The notes under the pieces were generated by a model. That model did not search any database and was not told where the DNA came from. It saw only the letters and a list, made by a program, of their open reading frames with translations. 64,000 bases of DNA from Octopus sinensis. Lineage: Eukaryota. Shown here piece by piece: positions 39,523 to 54,251 of this stretch. The DNA lies in the NCBI RefSeq assembly GCF_006345805.1, contig NC_043008.1, forward strand, positions 44,082,001 to 44,146,000. The letters are read 5' to 3'. Within the stretch, counting starts at the first letter, position 1. Every line of letters starts with the position of its first letter. Made by a program: the position numbers and the translations under genes.

Positions 39523-39680
39523 CGGGCTTCTTTTAGTTTCCGTCTACCAAATCCACTCACAAGTCTTTGGTTGGCCCGAACTATAGTAGAAGACAGTTGC
39601 CCAAGGTACCACAAAGTGGGACTGAACCCAGAACCATGTGCTTGGTAGCAAGCTACTTACCACACTCCCACCCCTGCCTA
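39320..39680 (-). mobile_element. SINE family B, 3'-truncated
   Basis: Aligns to family B head, body and central microsatellite. Confidence 0.87.
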
Positions 39681-41020
39681 TATATATATAATACATACAT
39701 ATATATATATATATTCTCGTTTTAGTCTAAAAGTACTTATTTAATATATGCAAAATGCTCCATATTTTAAACGTACGTTTAATTATACCTTTAAAGAATT
39801 TTTGGTCATCGAAGCCAATTGAGACGAGCGCTATTGTTTGCTCTTAAAATATTATGATAATCATAATGATTCAAGATGTCCGTGTTATTGGCAACGGTAG
39901 AGGCAACACCATTCCTATTCGAGCAATCTTGAAAATCTACAGAATGTATCATTACTGTACTCTGTAATTAACAGATCATTCCAAAGTTTCCCAATTTAAA
40001 CAATATTAAATTGTCGTTGATTAGAGGTTTACTTCAGAGTAAACACACACACACATACACACGCACGTATACACACGCACGAGCACACACAATCATGCAT
40101 AAACTCACACACAATCTATGCTTAGAATTGAAACGTAACCCATCGTCCATTGGGCGATGTCATGTGATACACGAAATGTTAGTGACTTCGGTGAAATTCA
40201 AAATAATATAATTTCCCTTCAGAATATTGGAGTTTCCTTTAGTATAATAATGCTTTACTTAAGCACGATTGAATGAAGCTATACAATTACAGGAAATGTA
40301 ACATTGCTGTTGCGGTCGACTCTTCTAAGTCTTCCGATTATTTTATCAAGTCGAAAGACAAAAGCTACAGCTGTGAAACTAAAACCTGGAATCTAACAGA
40401 AAACTTCATTTCTCTTCATGCCTTTTTCTATTTCCATTTCACTCTCTTTCTTGAAGAAATTTTTGGCGTCAGTTTTCTAGCAGTTATACGGTGCTCCTTA
40501 TGAAGAGGAAAATAAATGATATATTGATATGAGTCTAAATAAAGGAAACGAAAACCGTTTAAGGATTCGGGTTGATTGTATTTCGTCCTCCTACGTAGGA
40601 TTCCGTGTAATACGAATCCTCTATTTGATACGATCTCTGTTCAATTCAAAAACATTCTTCACGTCAATAGCATATTTTACAAGTGAATAATATCTGATAT
40701 GTCTCTTAAACTAGATATATATTTTATGTCAGTCCAAATTTTACTTGCATCTACTTGTAAACTATTCGTGTACATTTAGTTGAAGTGAGACGGTCTTCTT
40801 ATAGGGGCCTATGAAGCTTTAAGTCACGTAGAACCGATTCAAACTGTATGGCCTAGGAGTTCTAACCCCTAGACCGGATGGTTCGTTGAGTTCTTGAGCA
40901 AAGTAATTCATCACTACGATACCTGACGTGTGATACACAGTGTACCTGTTCAGGCAACTTCGATTAGATAGGGAGAGAGTAAGCTAACGTGTGGCATGAA
41001 CATTTGATCACTATAAACAA

Positions 41021-41086
<66 letters not shown>

Positions 41087-41234
41087 TATATACTGCTTTA
41101 AACCATACATGTAACTCCCGATGGTGTGCCCTACTCTTGTTTGTCTACTCAATCGTATATGTATCTAGAGGCACGTATATCTATGTATGAACCAATCTCT
41201 CTCTCCTCTGTCTGCCTGTCTGTCTCTCTGCATA

Positions 41235-41326
<92 letters not shown>

Positions 41327-42262
41327 CAGGGAGGTTGGTAAGGCGGTAGATTGATAGCTATGTAGGTGGATAGACAGACAGCATGAGAAATAAATAGACA
41401 GACGTAGAGATATGAGATCATCTATTTCCTTGAGCGAAGCACACTATTACTCGACAGAAATTTCATGCTTAGGAATTATCAATTTATTCATGAAGTCTAC
41501 TCCTCTGTAAATCTTCAACTCCGTCTGATATTAGAAATTATCCAAATTATATTGCAGGCAACAGTTTAAATATTATGTGGCCTGGTTTTTTTTTCCCATC
41601 TTTTCATAGGAAGACTAATCAGTAAATAGGTTAATATAGTATAGAAAATGTATAAAAATCACTGTGAATCTTGCAATAAGATCATATCCCATTACTTGCT
41701 TCGGATTATATAATCAATTCTGCGACACTTTCCTGCATGATCTTGGAATCGGCAATGGTGTGTTTTAGTCTATTAATTTATATACAATAAATTTGATATA
41801 CTTTTCGTTCGAATGTAATAACTTTAGTTATGAATAAAACGACATCTGATCTTCGTGAGTTTTCCGTACTTATTCCCAGAGATATCTCATGCAACAGATG
41901 GCAACGAAGTAATAGACTTTTTGATTTTTCCATTATTCGGTACTGCATGTTTTCTGGAATTTTCCATCACTGAACAATGCAGTTCTTCTCATGTCTTTCC
42001 AAATAGTCTATACTCAATGAAGCTACATCATGAATTTCTGTTATCAACTTAAAAGCTTTATCGCAGAAGGCTGTAGGAAGGCAGGTATTATGACCCGACA
42101 CGTATACACACACGCGTCTTCTTTACATTTAAGATACGTGTGTATGAGTGTATGCATTTATATGTGTAAGTACATAGATATACATTCATATATATGCATG
42201 TATGTATGTATATGCATATACACACATTTATATAAACACCTGTGTGCATGTATGTATATATT

Positions 42263-42319
<57 letters not shown>

Positions 42320-42412
42320 ATACTTGTTCATACACCTGTCTTCGTTGTTTTATTTTTCTGTAATTTTAACTATGTATATATATATATATACGTGTATATA
42401 TATATATATATA

Positions 42413-42460
<48 letters not shown>

Positions 42461-42700
42461 TATATACATACATATATATGAATATATACATGCAATATGG
42501 GTACAGGATATGAAAAAAATGTTGAATACAATCAGAAACGAAAACATAACTACAAAAACATAGAAAACGAACTTTTTTTCGAACACCAAAAAAAAACAAA
42601 GAAACTAGAGATGCAACATAAAGAACATTCCCCTTCATCAGTTGTCCCCGCTTTTTCATCTACTCCACGTTTTGAAGGCAAGGACAATACCCGACTATAT

Positions 42701-42732
<32 letters not shown>

Positions 42733-42838
42733 CACGTGTGAGTGGACAAACGATGTCATTCAAATTCAAAATGGTTGACGACTAACATCACGCTTGAAAC
42801 ACATGAGTACTACCAATTTGAATCAACTGTTTTGATCC

Positions 42839-42890
<52 letters not shown>

Positions 42891-43042
42891 TAGTAAAAGT
42901 TAAACCAATGGATTTGGATGACGAAAACTGAAAAAAGCTGGTACATTTAAACACAAAGAGGTGAACCCTTAACAGGTTTACTATTTCTCACCATGTATTA
43001 AAAAGATATAAACAAGACCTAGAGTGTATATATTAAACATAA

Positions 43043-43645
43043 GGCAGTGAACTGGCAGAAACGTTAGCACGCCAGTCGAAATGCTTAGCGGTATTTCGTC
43101 TGCTACTACGTTCTGAGTTTAAATTCCCCAGAGGTCAACTTTGCCCTTCATCCTTTCGGGGTCGATTAGATAAGTACCAGTTACGCACTGGGGTCGATGT
43201 AATCGACTTAATCCGTTTGTCTGTCCTTGTTTGTCCTCTCTCTGTTTAGCCCCTTGTGGGTAGTAAAGAAATAGGTATTTCGTCTGCCGCTACGTTCTGA
43301 AGTCAAATACCGCCGAGGTTGACTTTGCCTTTCATCCTTTCGGAGTCGATAAATTAAGTATCAGTGACACACTGAGGTCGATGTAATCGACTTAATCCGT
43401 TTTTCCCTCCTTGTTTGTCTCCTCTATGTTTAGCTCCTTACGGGCAATAAATAAATGAAAAACGTTAGCAACCCGGGCGAAATGCGTAGCAGTATTTCAT
43501 GTCTTTACGTTCTGAATCCAAATTCTGTCGATGTCATCATTTCGTGGTCGATCAATTAAGTACCAGTTACGTACTGGAGTCGATATTATCAACAGTCCCC
43601 TCCCCCAAACTTTCGGGCCTTGTGCCTAGAGTAGAGAAGAATATT
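43043..43645 (+). mobile_element. SINE family A trimer
   Basis: Unit 1 + AAAGAAAT|AGGTATTTCG unit 2 + unit 3 with tail-2 (GGGCCTTGTGCCTAGAGTAGAGAAG). Confidence 0.88.
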
Positions 43646-45366
43646 ACTTTCATTTTGATTTTATTTTAGCATGTCAGCTTGAACTGCATAGTTTTCAACG
43701 GCAAGGAAGCCCAGGTTTTCACCGGTATTTTTTTTGCAGTTAACCAAACGAAATATTCAACATTACATTACTATTTCATACCAAAGCGATAAGCCGATGA
43801 CTCATTGAAAAAGGTATTTATTAAAGCATAAAAATATCATAATGTTTTCCGCATTTCTTGTTATATAATGTAGGTTGGGCTCTGCATTGTAGCCTGTCTG
43901 CCTATCCTCCGGTGAGGAGATTAGAATCATAGCGCGTAGAGGTAGAAATTTAAAGTGGAACCAATTATAAAGCTCCGAACTCACTAGTAACGTGTCACGC
44001 ATGATAGCACACTGTTAATTACTAATCACACACAACCATACACACACATATCTGTGGATACATGTATTTCACTTTATAGCTATATCTAGCTATAACTGTT
44101 TGTGCGAGTGTGCCTTGATTCACATGTGTGTGATGAAGGACGAATGAAAAATAGATAAATAGAAAGTTAGACGATGAGATAAACTCAAAAAGAAAACCAA
44201 CGACAGTAATATAAGAGGAAATAGGTTAATGAAATAAATAGTTTAATAAAAATTGAGATTATCGGTTTTCTGCAAGCTATTTACAATTCCAACTTTCATT
44301 TAATCATTATAACGAATTCCTGTCAGGCTTGTTTACCGTTCTATAATCACGATCAATCGAAGAATATTATTTTTCTTTCGTTGTTAATACAATGCAGATT
44401 ACTAAAGCATATTGAATGAAATGAACTATTTAAATTTCTAATTTCAGAAATCGTTTTCATTTAAATGATTTTTAATTTACTTGACCGCCTTCGCTCATTT
44501 AAAAGAACAAAAAAATAAAGTGCAAACTCCTGAGATTAAATGAAATTTTGGTTTTCATTTTTTTTTATATGGAAGATACTTTGGGGTGGAGGGGTGATAT
44601 GAATATATTTGCTTTGATGCTTATAAGACTGGTGTCAGGATATTGTTTTAGGTGAAGAAAACGATACTCGTTATGGCCGTCTTGAAATGTTGCTAAATAT
44701 AGTGATCTGTTGTAAAGAAAGCAACAGAAAATGGATGATGTTTTTCATATCCTATTAAATACTTAAGAGATTATCCATTCCTTTCATCCTCTACCCAGTT
44801 ATGGGAGATGGTTTTGGCAATGAACTTTCCGTCGTACGAATTCATTGTTGACTTCGATCACATTCTCATGAATAATAATGCCAATCACAAGACCTCTCCC
44901 TCTCTCTCTCTTTCTACCTCACTATCTCTTCTCTCTCTTTCTCTCTACCTTTGACCAGGAGCCAAGAAAATTAAGGTTAACTAAATGTCATAATAAGCTT
45001 CATATCTCATATATCTTGAGACATTTGGTTTTCTTATTTTAGAAATGCGTGAACGAAAAACGAAATAAATATGCATGGAGTTAATGTGTCACAATCTTAC
45101 CTTAACTAGATATATTTATCCAGGCATCCTATGTTTTTTAGCAGATACTGATCCATTATATGTTTAATACAGATTTTCAATTATATGGTCTCTAGAACTA
45201 ACGTCTCTTCTTTTACGTGAACAGATAAAGCATAGCGACATTTGCAATGAAATCAATGAAACAACGTTCTCCATCACTAGTTGTTCTAAGATTGCACATG
45301 AATTTCAAAGAGAGGATTCACTTATCGTAATGCTTGGCATCTTCGCTATACAAAATATATTAGAGG

Positions 45367-45603
45367 ATGGCGGCAAGCTGGCAGAATCGTTAGCACGCCG
45401 GGCGAAATGCGTAGCCGTATTTCGTCTGCCGTTACGTTCTGGGTTCAAATTCCGCCGAGGTCGACTTCGCCTTTCATCCTTTTGGGGTCGATAAATTAAG
45501 TACCAGTTACGCACTGAGGTCGATGTAATCGACTTAATCCTTTTGTCTGTCCTTGTGTGCCCCCCCCCTGTGTTTAGCCCCTTGTCGGTAGTAAAGAAAA
45601 ATG
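45367..45603 (+). mobile_element. SINE family A monomer with 20 bp TSD
   Basis: TSD TATACAA(A/C)ATATATTAGAGG at 45347-45366 and 45604-45623. Confidence 0.93.
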
Positions 45604-46401
45604 TATACAACATATATTAGAGGCCGTAGTTTCACTCTTACGAACAGGTAATGAAGACATGACATACACCTTGCTCGAAGGTGAAATAACTGAAGAAAAT
45701 CTCCCATATCAGTCCAGGGTAGTAAGTCCTGCTAGCTGAGATGGCTGCAACCACTTTGCAAATATATAATATTTTCAGTGAAATTTATTCACTGATCACC
45801 AAAATTGGACTGATGACGAGCAAGACTCAGAAAGATGCATGTCTTCAGGTGCTAATCCTAGCTGGTGGGGGTGCTTGCCTCCCCTTTGCAAATAGGACAC
45901 AGGAAATGTATCAAAGCCAACAGGAAGCGTTTATGTTTCCTAGGGCTAAATAGCGGTGGTGTGGTTCCCTTTACGGGACTGTCACGTTGAGTTGACAGTA
46001 TACAACCATCGTATTGTATAATTTTCTTTTATTTAATAATTTGCTATAATGCATAGCTTAAAAGAATATCAAAGATAAGGAAGATTTCGCTTGAGAAATT
46101 TAATGCTTAAAAAAATATAAAATGTAAGTTTAAGTATAAATGTGACAGAAGATTGTATACTGCATTTTCGTTACAATCTAAAAAGGCTACAAATAAAAAC
46201 AAATTGATGCTTTATGTGATACATTAATTTACCGCTGCATAATTACAGAATCTACTCAGTAATTAAAATATAAACGCTTATTTCTGTTCAATCCTTTAAT
46301 TAACAATAAAAAAAGATTGGTCGTAAAAATGCCAATAATCTCTAATGAAATATAGTGAAGGTTCAATGTCCACAAGCGTAATTTATATATATATGTATAT
46401 A

Positions 46402-46462
<61 letters not shown>

Positions 46463-48553
46463 ATATGTATATGTGTGTGTGTGTGTCTGTGTGTGTGTGT
46501 GTGTAAAGATATATATATATACATACATACGTATATATATATATATATATGTGTGTGCGTGTTTATTATGTTTGTGTATATATATGTTTTTGCGCGTGTG
46601 TGTATGTGTGTGTGTTCAATTATGTTTCTATCAGCTGTTTGTATGCAAAGATAGCAAAGTTGCATATTTCAAGTAACCATATTATCTCCGCCGTATCAGC
46701 TTCCTGTAATGGAACTTGCCTCAATCAATTCATTTCTTATTCATTATCCATGCGAATCATCTAATAGATTATATCCGAAAATGTAAATTCCATCATCTCG
46801 CAAATTAAAGATTAAAGTGTTAAGATGTTAAATTCATTCTAAGGAAATTTTCAATTCCATGTTATTCTTATCAGTTTTAATAAGTGGAAGCATATTTCAA
46901 TCCTTTAGTTCACTTCTCCAAAGCATAATATTTAGAAAATAATTAAAGCCATTAACAGAAGAGGAATCAATATAAATTGTGACTTCAAAATAACGCAGAT
47001 AATTATGTTTCGACCGCATCATCACTTGTTCAAAGATAGTCATGTAAAATAAAAAAAATGCTATTTATTAAAATGAGCCAATGACAGTAACTTGTCGTGC
47101 TGGCTCCACCTGCTATAAATAGAAGTTAAAGTTTCCTTAGCACAGTAAAATATATATAAAAAAAACATTGTGGATAATGATGGTAAGCGTTAAAACAAAT
47201 AATTCAATTAAACTTGTTCCGGGGTTAAATCTAAGCAACATATTTATTTAGATTTTGATTTAAGAACACAACACCCATATTGTTTAAATTCAAGAAAGCG
47301 CTTTGTTTCATACGATATAATTGAGTTTTAGTACAGCTAACGCGGAGTGTACGGATAATCACAGGGACTCTTTTACAGCTTTTTTGTAATAAATGTTCTT
47401 ACCAAATGTTATTCCAATATATTATTCCGGAACTTATAAAAGAAACTAGTTATTTAGACAAGTGAGTTATATAAGTTTTTATAGCTTTAACAGAGAGAAA
47501 AAACGTTGCATTTCTTCCAATGTTTTACCAGAACACTAATATATTGTTTGCTTTTTCTGTTACATATAATCTACAGGTGGAAACATTTCTAGCTCTACTG
47601 CTAATAGATAAATGCGAATACATGGTAAAATTACTATTGCTAATAATGTTAAAGACATTTCCCAGTTGACATTAAAAGTCTGTAGCTGTTCATTAACTCT
47701 GTGCCGCTCGTAACATAGTTATGTAATGTCATAGAAATTCATGATTCTTAATGGCTTGCTTTATTAATGTTTTCACAGGCGTAGACAATATTTGACATGT
47801 CATATCTCCTTCATGCTCATGTTGAAATTATTTGTACGTTTCACACCTGTGTCTCATTAGTATTTCTTATGAATGTATTTGAATAGATCAAAGCCTTTTG
47901 AAGTCATCTCAGCTGAAGTACTTGTAGTGTATTGTCAATGGCGGAAATTTGAATCCTTCATATATGAAATGGCAATAATGGTGTGGATGTAACCCTGGCG
48001 CTTCCTTTGAACGAACTATAGCTTTGTTATTACTCTGTAGAGGTAAATATGTTGAATAATGCAATTACCAACCAGTGAAGTGACAACAAACGACAGTTGA
48101 AACGAAAAGATTGTTTTACTAGATAGCAATTCCCAGCCAGCTCTACTGTTCACTAATAGACATATCGACGTAGTTAAATAAATCAGCTCAGATAGAATTA
48201 AAACGATGGAGAGTAAATAACCATGAAAATATGACCATTTAACAAAGCTTCTACTTCTGTCATATTCTGCATTAGATTTGTTAATATTTTTAATATTTAT
48301 TCTACGATGTATTTTCACAATGCTCCATCATATCTTTATCACCAAAATGCCATCTCTGGTCTTAGTTACAAATGAAACTAAATATCTATAAATGTATTGT
48401 AAATTATCACACGTGACCGTCGGTTTACGTTGAATGATATCCATTGAAGAAATTTACAAATATACTGGAAATGAATAACGATATATTCAGCTAAGGTGAT
48501 CCGGAAGACTTGGAATAATGTAAAAAAATGTATACCGTTAACAACAATGATAT

Positions 48554-48561
48554 TAATAATA

Positions 48562-48633
<72 letters not shown>
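48554..48633. repeat. near-perfect (AAT)n
   Basis: Direct reading. Confidence 0.97.
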
Positions 48634-48750
48634 CGTGCTTTCTAATGTCTGCACAAGGCCATCAATTAAATGAGGGGCATTTATCTTAAATTTACTTCAG
48701 TAGTTGACTAGTACTTTATTTTATTGACCCCGAAATGAAAGTGGAGGCAC

Positions 48751-48895
48751 GATGGACTGGCGTCCCATCCAGCTGAGAAAGTGGGCCCATGAGCCTGGCT
48801 AGGCTTTCTACGACGGACCGGCGTCCCGTCCAGGTGGGGAACATATACGCCAAGAAACCGGGAAACTGGCCCTTATGAGTAGGAACAAACAATAA
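48751..48895 (+). mobile_element. V-domain-like SINE fragment with duplicated motif
   Basis: GATGGACTGGCGTCCCATCCAG (48751) and GACGGACCGGCGTCCCGTCCAGG (48812) resemble the V-SINE central motif as I recall it. Confidence 0.55.
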
Positions 48896-49229
48896 CACCG
48901 AAATGAAGAGAGACAAAATTGATTTTTAGAATTTATCTCAACACACAAGAATGGCCAGCAGATAATAACACTTTTCATCTCAAATATTCTTCTGCTTTTT
49001 ACTTTGCATTTAATAAGGAGGCTCTTTCCCGAAATAAAATAGAAGCGTTAAACAGAAACATTAAATAACGAATATAGGGTAATGCAATATCTTCTTTCAT
49101 CTTATATACTTTTCCTAAGTACTAAGGCTTCTTTCTGATCCGCGTGTTTTCTGTTTTATTTCATATATCTAAAGTAGCAGTATAAATAAATTACTTGGTT
49201 ACTTGGTTCTCAATCGTAAATTTCCCGAA

Positions 49230-50720
49230 ATCCAGAATAGTACAATGTCCAAATGTCACTTTTTAAAGCAGTGATTCCGTGTCATTTGCACCACGACATA
49301 TAAACCAGAATTCTGGTATCTATAAATCTATTTAATGCCTTCCCTGAAAGCTTTAATAGCATCCAAGTTATCTTCTGCCCTCTGAATTCTACTTGCTGTA
49401 TTCTACCCTCGATGTCTCTTTCATGCGTCATAAAACCATTTTTATTAATCTGTTTGAGCAGAAGGTGAAGTGTCTTCCACATTAAGCAGGGATTTTTACC
49501 CCCGCAGCTACAATTTTTTTAGGTGTACAATCTATTTGATATTGACTCTATTTTAATGTTCTCGTCGAACCAATCTCAATGTTTGCAATGAAGCAATCCA
49601 CTTATCGAATAGTAAGTAGAAGACGTAGATTTCTTGAAGTATCTTCTTCAAGATAGTTCGTTTTATCTGATATCTATATTTCAAGAAACTGCACCTAATT
49701 GTATTGATTTCTTATGCTTCTTATCCTCATTCTTAAGTGACTTGGCATTTAAACACGCCATTGCTTTGATATCTTCATGTTGGTGTCTACCCAAGATATT
49801 AAAAGTAATTTACTGCGTGAAAAATTGATCTGATTGCGAACATATGACATGGAATGAGCGAGTGAAAAGGATAGTTTATCACGTTTTTCGTTGCTTTTGT
49901 AATCAATTAAATATAACGAATTCGGCCAAGGTTGTTCCTCGGTTGTATGAAGGTTATTTCGTAGTTGGAACGTTGTGCTTGTCACAAAATCATCGACTGC
50001 ATTCGTAAAGAGCATCAGACTCAGCCCAGAGAAATTCATATTATCTACACCATGCTCACCAAACACACAAGAACAAGCATCAGAATCGGCCCCTTCTGTG
50101 GGATTAACGTCTCAAATCAGTAGAACCATTTCAATATGAGAAATGTTTGAGATGATATAATGTAACATCTCATACAAAGGCTATGCGTTATATTCCAGGC
50201 ATGGCGTGTCTAATATGGAAGCATATGAAATCCATTAATTTCTGCTTCTTTAGATGCATCTTCAATATAATAATGCGTCTTCTTTACTTTAGAGAAATTA
50301 TGATATTTTTGCAGCCATGGTAGATTTGATTTCAAGCCAACATATTTTTTTCCTTTCGCGTTTATCCTCCAAAATATGTCTGACTACATTCTATTTTTTC
50401 CAGATGATCTCTCCTGGGAGAAAAAAATGAGTGTTGCATAAAGTCTCACTATAAAATGTTTTGATAGCCTTGCTATCAAAACAAGAAGCTCCTTCCAAAA
50501 GATTTCTGATATTCCGCTGTACAATGCTCAATAACATTTTGGCAGCTTTCTTAGTATCATTCTTTGGACGTTTGCTTGTCTGACAATTGGATCTCACTGA
50601 CATTCAGTCACATACGGCAGTCAGAGTATCCAATTGTTTGGCTCCCTGTACTAAGTCCTGTGTTTCAATAGTGTATTGCTAATTTCGGAAAAAACATGTT
50701 TTGTAAGCAACAGGGTGTGT
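49230..50720 (-). mobile_element. decayed RTE-clade LINE, 5' half (APE endonuclease + linker)
   Basis: Minus-strand peptides IVQRNIRNLL (cf. TWNVRTLL), YSET..PGE, IFWR..YVG, YASILD, DVN, FGEHGVDNMN, TTFQLRNNLHTT..LIDY, DWFDEN appear in the order of RTE ORF motifs. Many stops and frameshifts; no RT domain. Confidence 0.8.
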
Positions 50721-52469
50721 CGAAAGGACAAATGCTCATGACGTTCTATATCAGAGACGCTATCACTAATGATGTCTGCAAATTAAAGTTCCTACTAAGC
50801 TCCTAATAGGAACTATACATATCAATGTTATTTTCGTGATCATGTGTGGTATGTATGTGTGTATGGGTGTGTATGTGCGCGCGCTCACGCGTGTCTAATT
50901 ACTTGCATGTATGTGCATATGAATGTGATGGGGAGCTTCCGATACGGTTTGCATGCGTAAAAATGCAGAGATACAGCGACACACTCACACACACACACAC
51001 ATGTATAGATATTCGCGTGTGCGTGGCACACATAAGTATATGATGGAATCAAGCTGTCAGTTCCAGGAAATATGGTACTTTTCTGAAATGCACTAGCTGT
51101 ATGATTTTTTGGGTTAAATGAAAAACAACGAGGAAGAAATGCGATATATTCCTTATTTAAGAAGCAAATTCAGTTCACTAATCTCTTGATTATATGCAGC
51201 AGGCAAAAGTATTTGAGGCCCTACTATGTGTAGCCTAAAATACTATAAAAAATTCCTGTAGTTAGTGAGAAAATATTTCCCATGAGTCATCTACGTCGTG
51301 TTTGTCGCTGTATCGTCGTGGATGTTGTGTTCTCTCTTGTTATTGTTTTTGATTTTGTGTTGTCTTGTTTCGTATTTTTGTTTCTTTACTCATATTTACT
51401 TTGGCTCTCATAAACAAAAATTATGTTAAATTCATTATGGTTTGGGAATAAATGAACTGTGTCTGAATTGATTATGATATAATTGTCCTTGCCTTTTTGT
51501 TTTTGTAGTGTTGTGTTTATTGGTAGTTTATTTAATTTATTGTTTCAAATTAAAAATAAACAGACACCCCAAAAGCATCTTTTGAAACTTGAAGTGAAAT
51601 CTTTGACAAAAATTAAAGCGTTGCTGTCTTCCACCAAAAACTTTCTATTGCGTAACATAAGAAACATTAACCGATATTTCTTCTTTGTCAGAGGCGTATA
51701 ACATTTTTCTTTTAAACACGATTATCATTATTACTACGCCTTACACCGTCGCTAGGCAGGCGGTACAAATGCTTATTAATCAAGCACACGCCCTCTTTAA
51801 TACTCGTCTGTTATACAGTGAAAGTCACGTTAGTTACTATGGTGACAGGAATCTAACTCTTCTACATTTCACCCCCCTCCACACACACACACACACCGAG
51901 AAACACACACACAAACTACCGAATATTAGTTAAGTATATTGTTATATCATGAACGTTTTTTTTGTTTTTGAAGCTGTGTTTCATTTTGTTGACAGACTTG
52001 CACTTTAAATTCCTGCGTTTTAATTAAAATATGTAATTTACTCTGTGGTCAATACCACCTACCTACCAACCGACATATTTATCCATCTATCTATCTATTT
52101 ATCTAACACACACACACACACAAACTCGACAACAATTCTTTCTCCACTTCTATCTAAAAATACATTGTGATGTATATTTTGATTTAACCCTTCTTTCTTT
52201 CCCTCTAATAGACGAAGATCCGCTCCTTGTTTATAATACAAGATCGTCACTTTTCACAGATCTGGATTTCACTTGCTCCGGATAATTCTTTAAGAGCAGA
52301 CAAAAACCCGTCTCCAAATCACAATCTTGAAACCACAGCGAGCTTAAATTTGTCTTTTATTCATCTATGGATTGATAAAACATAGTATCAGTGAATCCTT
52401 GAATTCTATAGTACCAACTAATCCTCTCCCACCCCGAACAATCGTTGCTATTAGGCCTAAAACGGTAAC

Positions 52470-53260
52470 TATTATCATGAGAACTTCTTGCAGGGATATT
52501 TATTGTATTTTTGTATGCTTACAGAATACCAAATTGCTCTTTTCTGCAGATTGACCAAGAGAATCTTAACTGTAGTGTCCTTGAGCCTCTTAGATGTTTG
52601 GTGTAGTTCCAGGTGCACCAATTACCACAAGAATGGTTTTCGTCTTAGACTTCCACAATCTCTTCAACTTTCTGCTTTAGTGCTGATATTTCTCATTTGT
52701 TTTTCAGTTTCTTTGGTACCATCTTTATTGTACTGCAAAATCGATGAGCTTACGCTGTTTGATTATTTTATTCTGTATAACTGTATTAGGTCTTCTTTCT
52801 TCGATATTACGGGTAGGCAAAATAGAAAACACACATAAAATCCCGTAAGTCTGCTTATGTATTCCTTTGCACAACTTTTCTGCTATTTTAAAACCTGACA
52901 CTCTGCTAACATCCCAATGCATTCTTTTACTTGCCCAGTCACGACTATATTTATACTTTCATCGCCAGCGGCGAGCTGGCAGAAACGTTAGCACGCCGGG
53001 CGAAATGCGCAGCCGTATTTCGTCTGCCGTTACGTTCTGAGTTCAAATTCCGCCGAGGTCGACTTTGCCTTTCATCCTTTCTGGGTCGATAAATAAAGTA
53101 CCAGTTTCGCACTGGGGTCTATGTAATCGACTTAATCCCTTTGTCTGTCTTTGTTTGTCCCCTCTATGTTTAGCCCCTTGTGGGTAGTAAAGAAATATAT
53201 ATTTATACTTTCATCTGCTAAGCTATTGCTTTCACTCAACAACGGTTATAACTTTCGTTA
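52470..53260 (-). mobile_element. decayed R4/Dong-like RLE non-LTR retrotransposon 3' fragment
   Basis: LLSE..YKYSRDWASKRMHWD..ILCVFSI..RRPNTVIQNK..LIDFAV..VVIGAPG..LQKRA follows the C-terminal restriction-like endonuclease pattern (RRPD..IDFAVP..VIGALG). Split by a SINE. Confidence 0.8.
52964..53197 (+). mobile_element. young SINE family A monomer with perfect 18 bp TSD
   Basis: TSD TATATTTATACTTTCATC at 52946-52963 and 53198-53215. Confidence 0.95.
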
Positions 53261-53689
53261 CCTTATATTCACTAATTTTGAAACTTTGTAAGATTAAAGA
53301 TAGACCAGTCATAGTGTACCCCACCATAACCGTTAAAGGCACTCCACTTTTGCGAATAGATTTTAGTTTAGAGTCAATTTCCTCCTCTATTTCTAGGACG
53401 TGGTAAATACTAGATTTAGATACGCATCCCAATATGTCTGACGTCCATAATGTATTAGTATAACACTTGTTTACGACGAAATCAAAATCAGCGAAATAAA
53501 ATTACTTTGACAGAATTTTTTCAGTAAATTTATCTAAGAAAGTTTTGTATTTTATTTTGCTATTCATGAACTATCGATATATTTCTTTTAATCTTCGGTT
53601 TCTGAATCATTCGGCGGAAGATCAATATCAAACATTTGCTAAAGAAATTATTTATTTTGTTTTGTTGTCCTTTGTTTTCCGGAGCATCT

Positions 53690-53703
53690 CATATATATAT
53701 ATA

Positions 53704-53745
<42 letters not shown>

Positions 53746-53771
53746 AGAGAGAGAGAGATACGTTATATATA

Positions 53772-53834
<63 letters not shown>

Positions 53835-53898
53835 ATATATATGCGTATGTATATGAATGTATATATACATATATATATATATATGCGTATGTATATGA

Positions 53899-53966
<68 letters not shown>

Positions 53967-54015
53967 ATGTATATATATATATAGAGAGAGAGATACGTAT
54001 ATATATATATTATAG

Positions 54016-54059
<44 letters not shown>

Positions 54060-54140
54060 CATATATATACATATACACATACATATATATGTACACATAT
54101 ACATATATACGTATACATATATATATACGTATAAATATAT

Positions 54141-54183
<43 letters not shown>

Positions 54184-54186
54184 GTA

Positions 54187-54250
<64 letters not shown>
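53690..54250. repeat. compound (AT)n/(AG)n field with a local ~50 bp duplication
   Basis: ATATGCGTATGTATATGAATGTATATATACAT occurs at about 53838 and 53881. Confidence 0.95.

Positions 54251-54251
<1 letters not shown>

Noticed and set aside
42600-42700. Minus-strand CTGATGAAGGGG motif
   Set aside because: No suitably placed GAAA box or stem III.
47070-47125. CCAAT plus TATAAAT promoter-like spacing
   Set aside because: No downstream gene, and it is probably part of an interspersed repeat.
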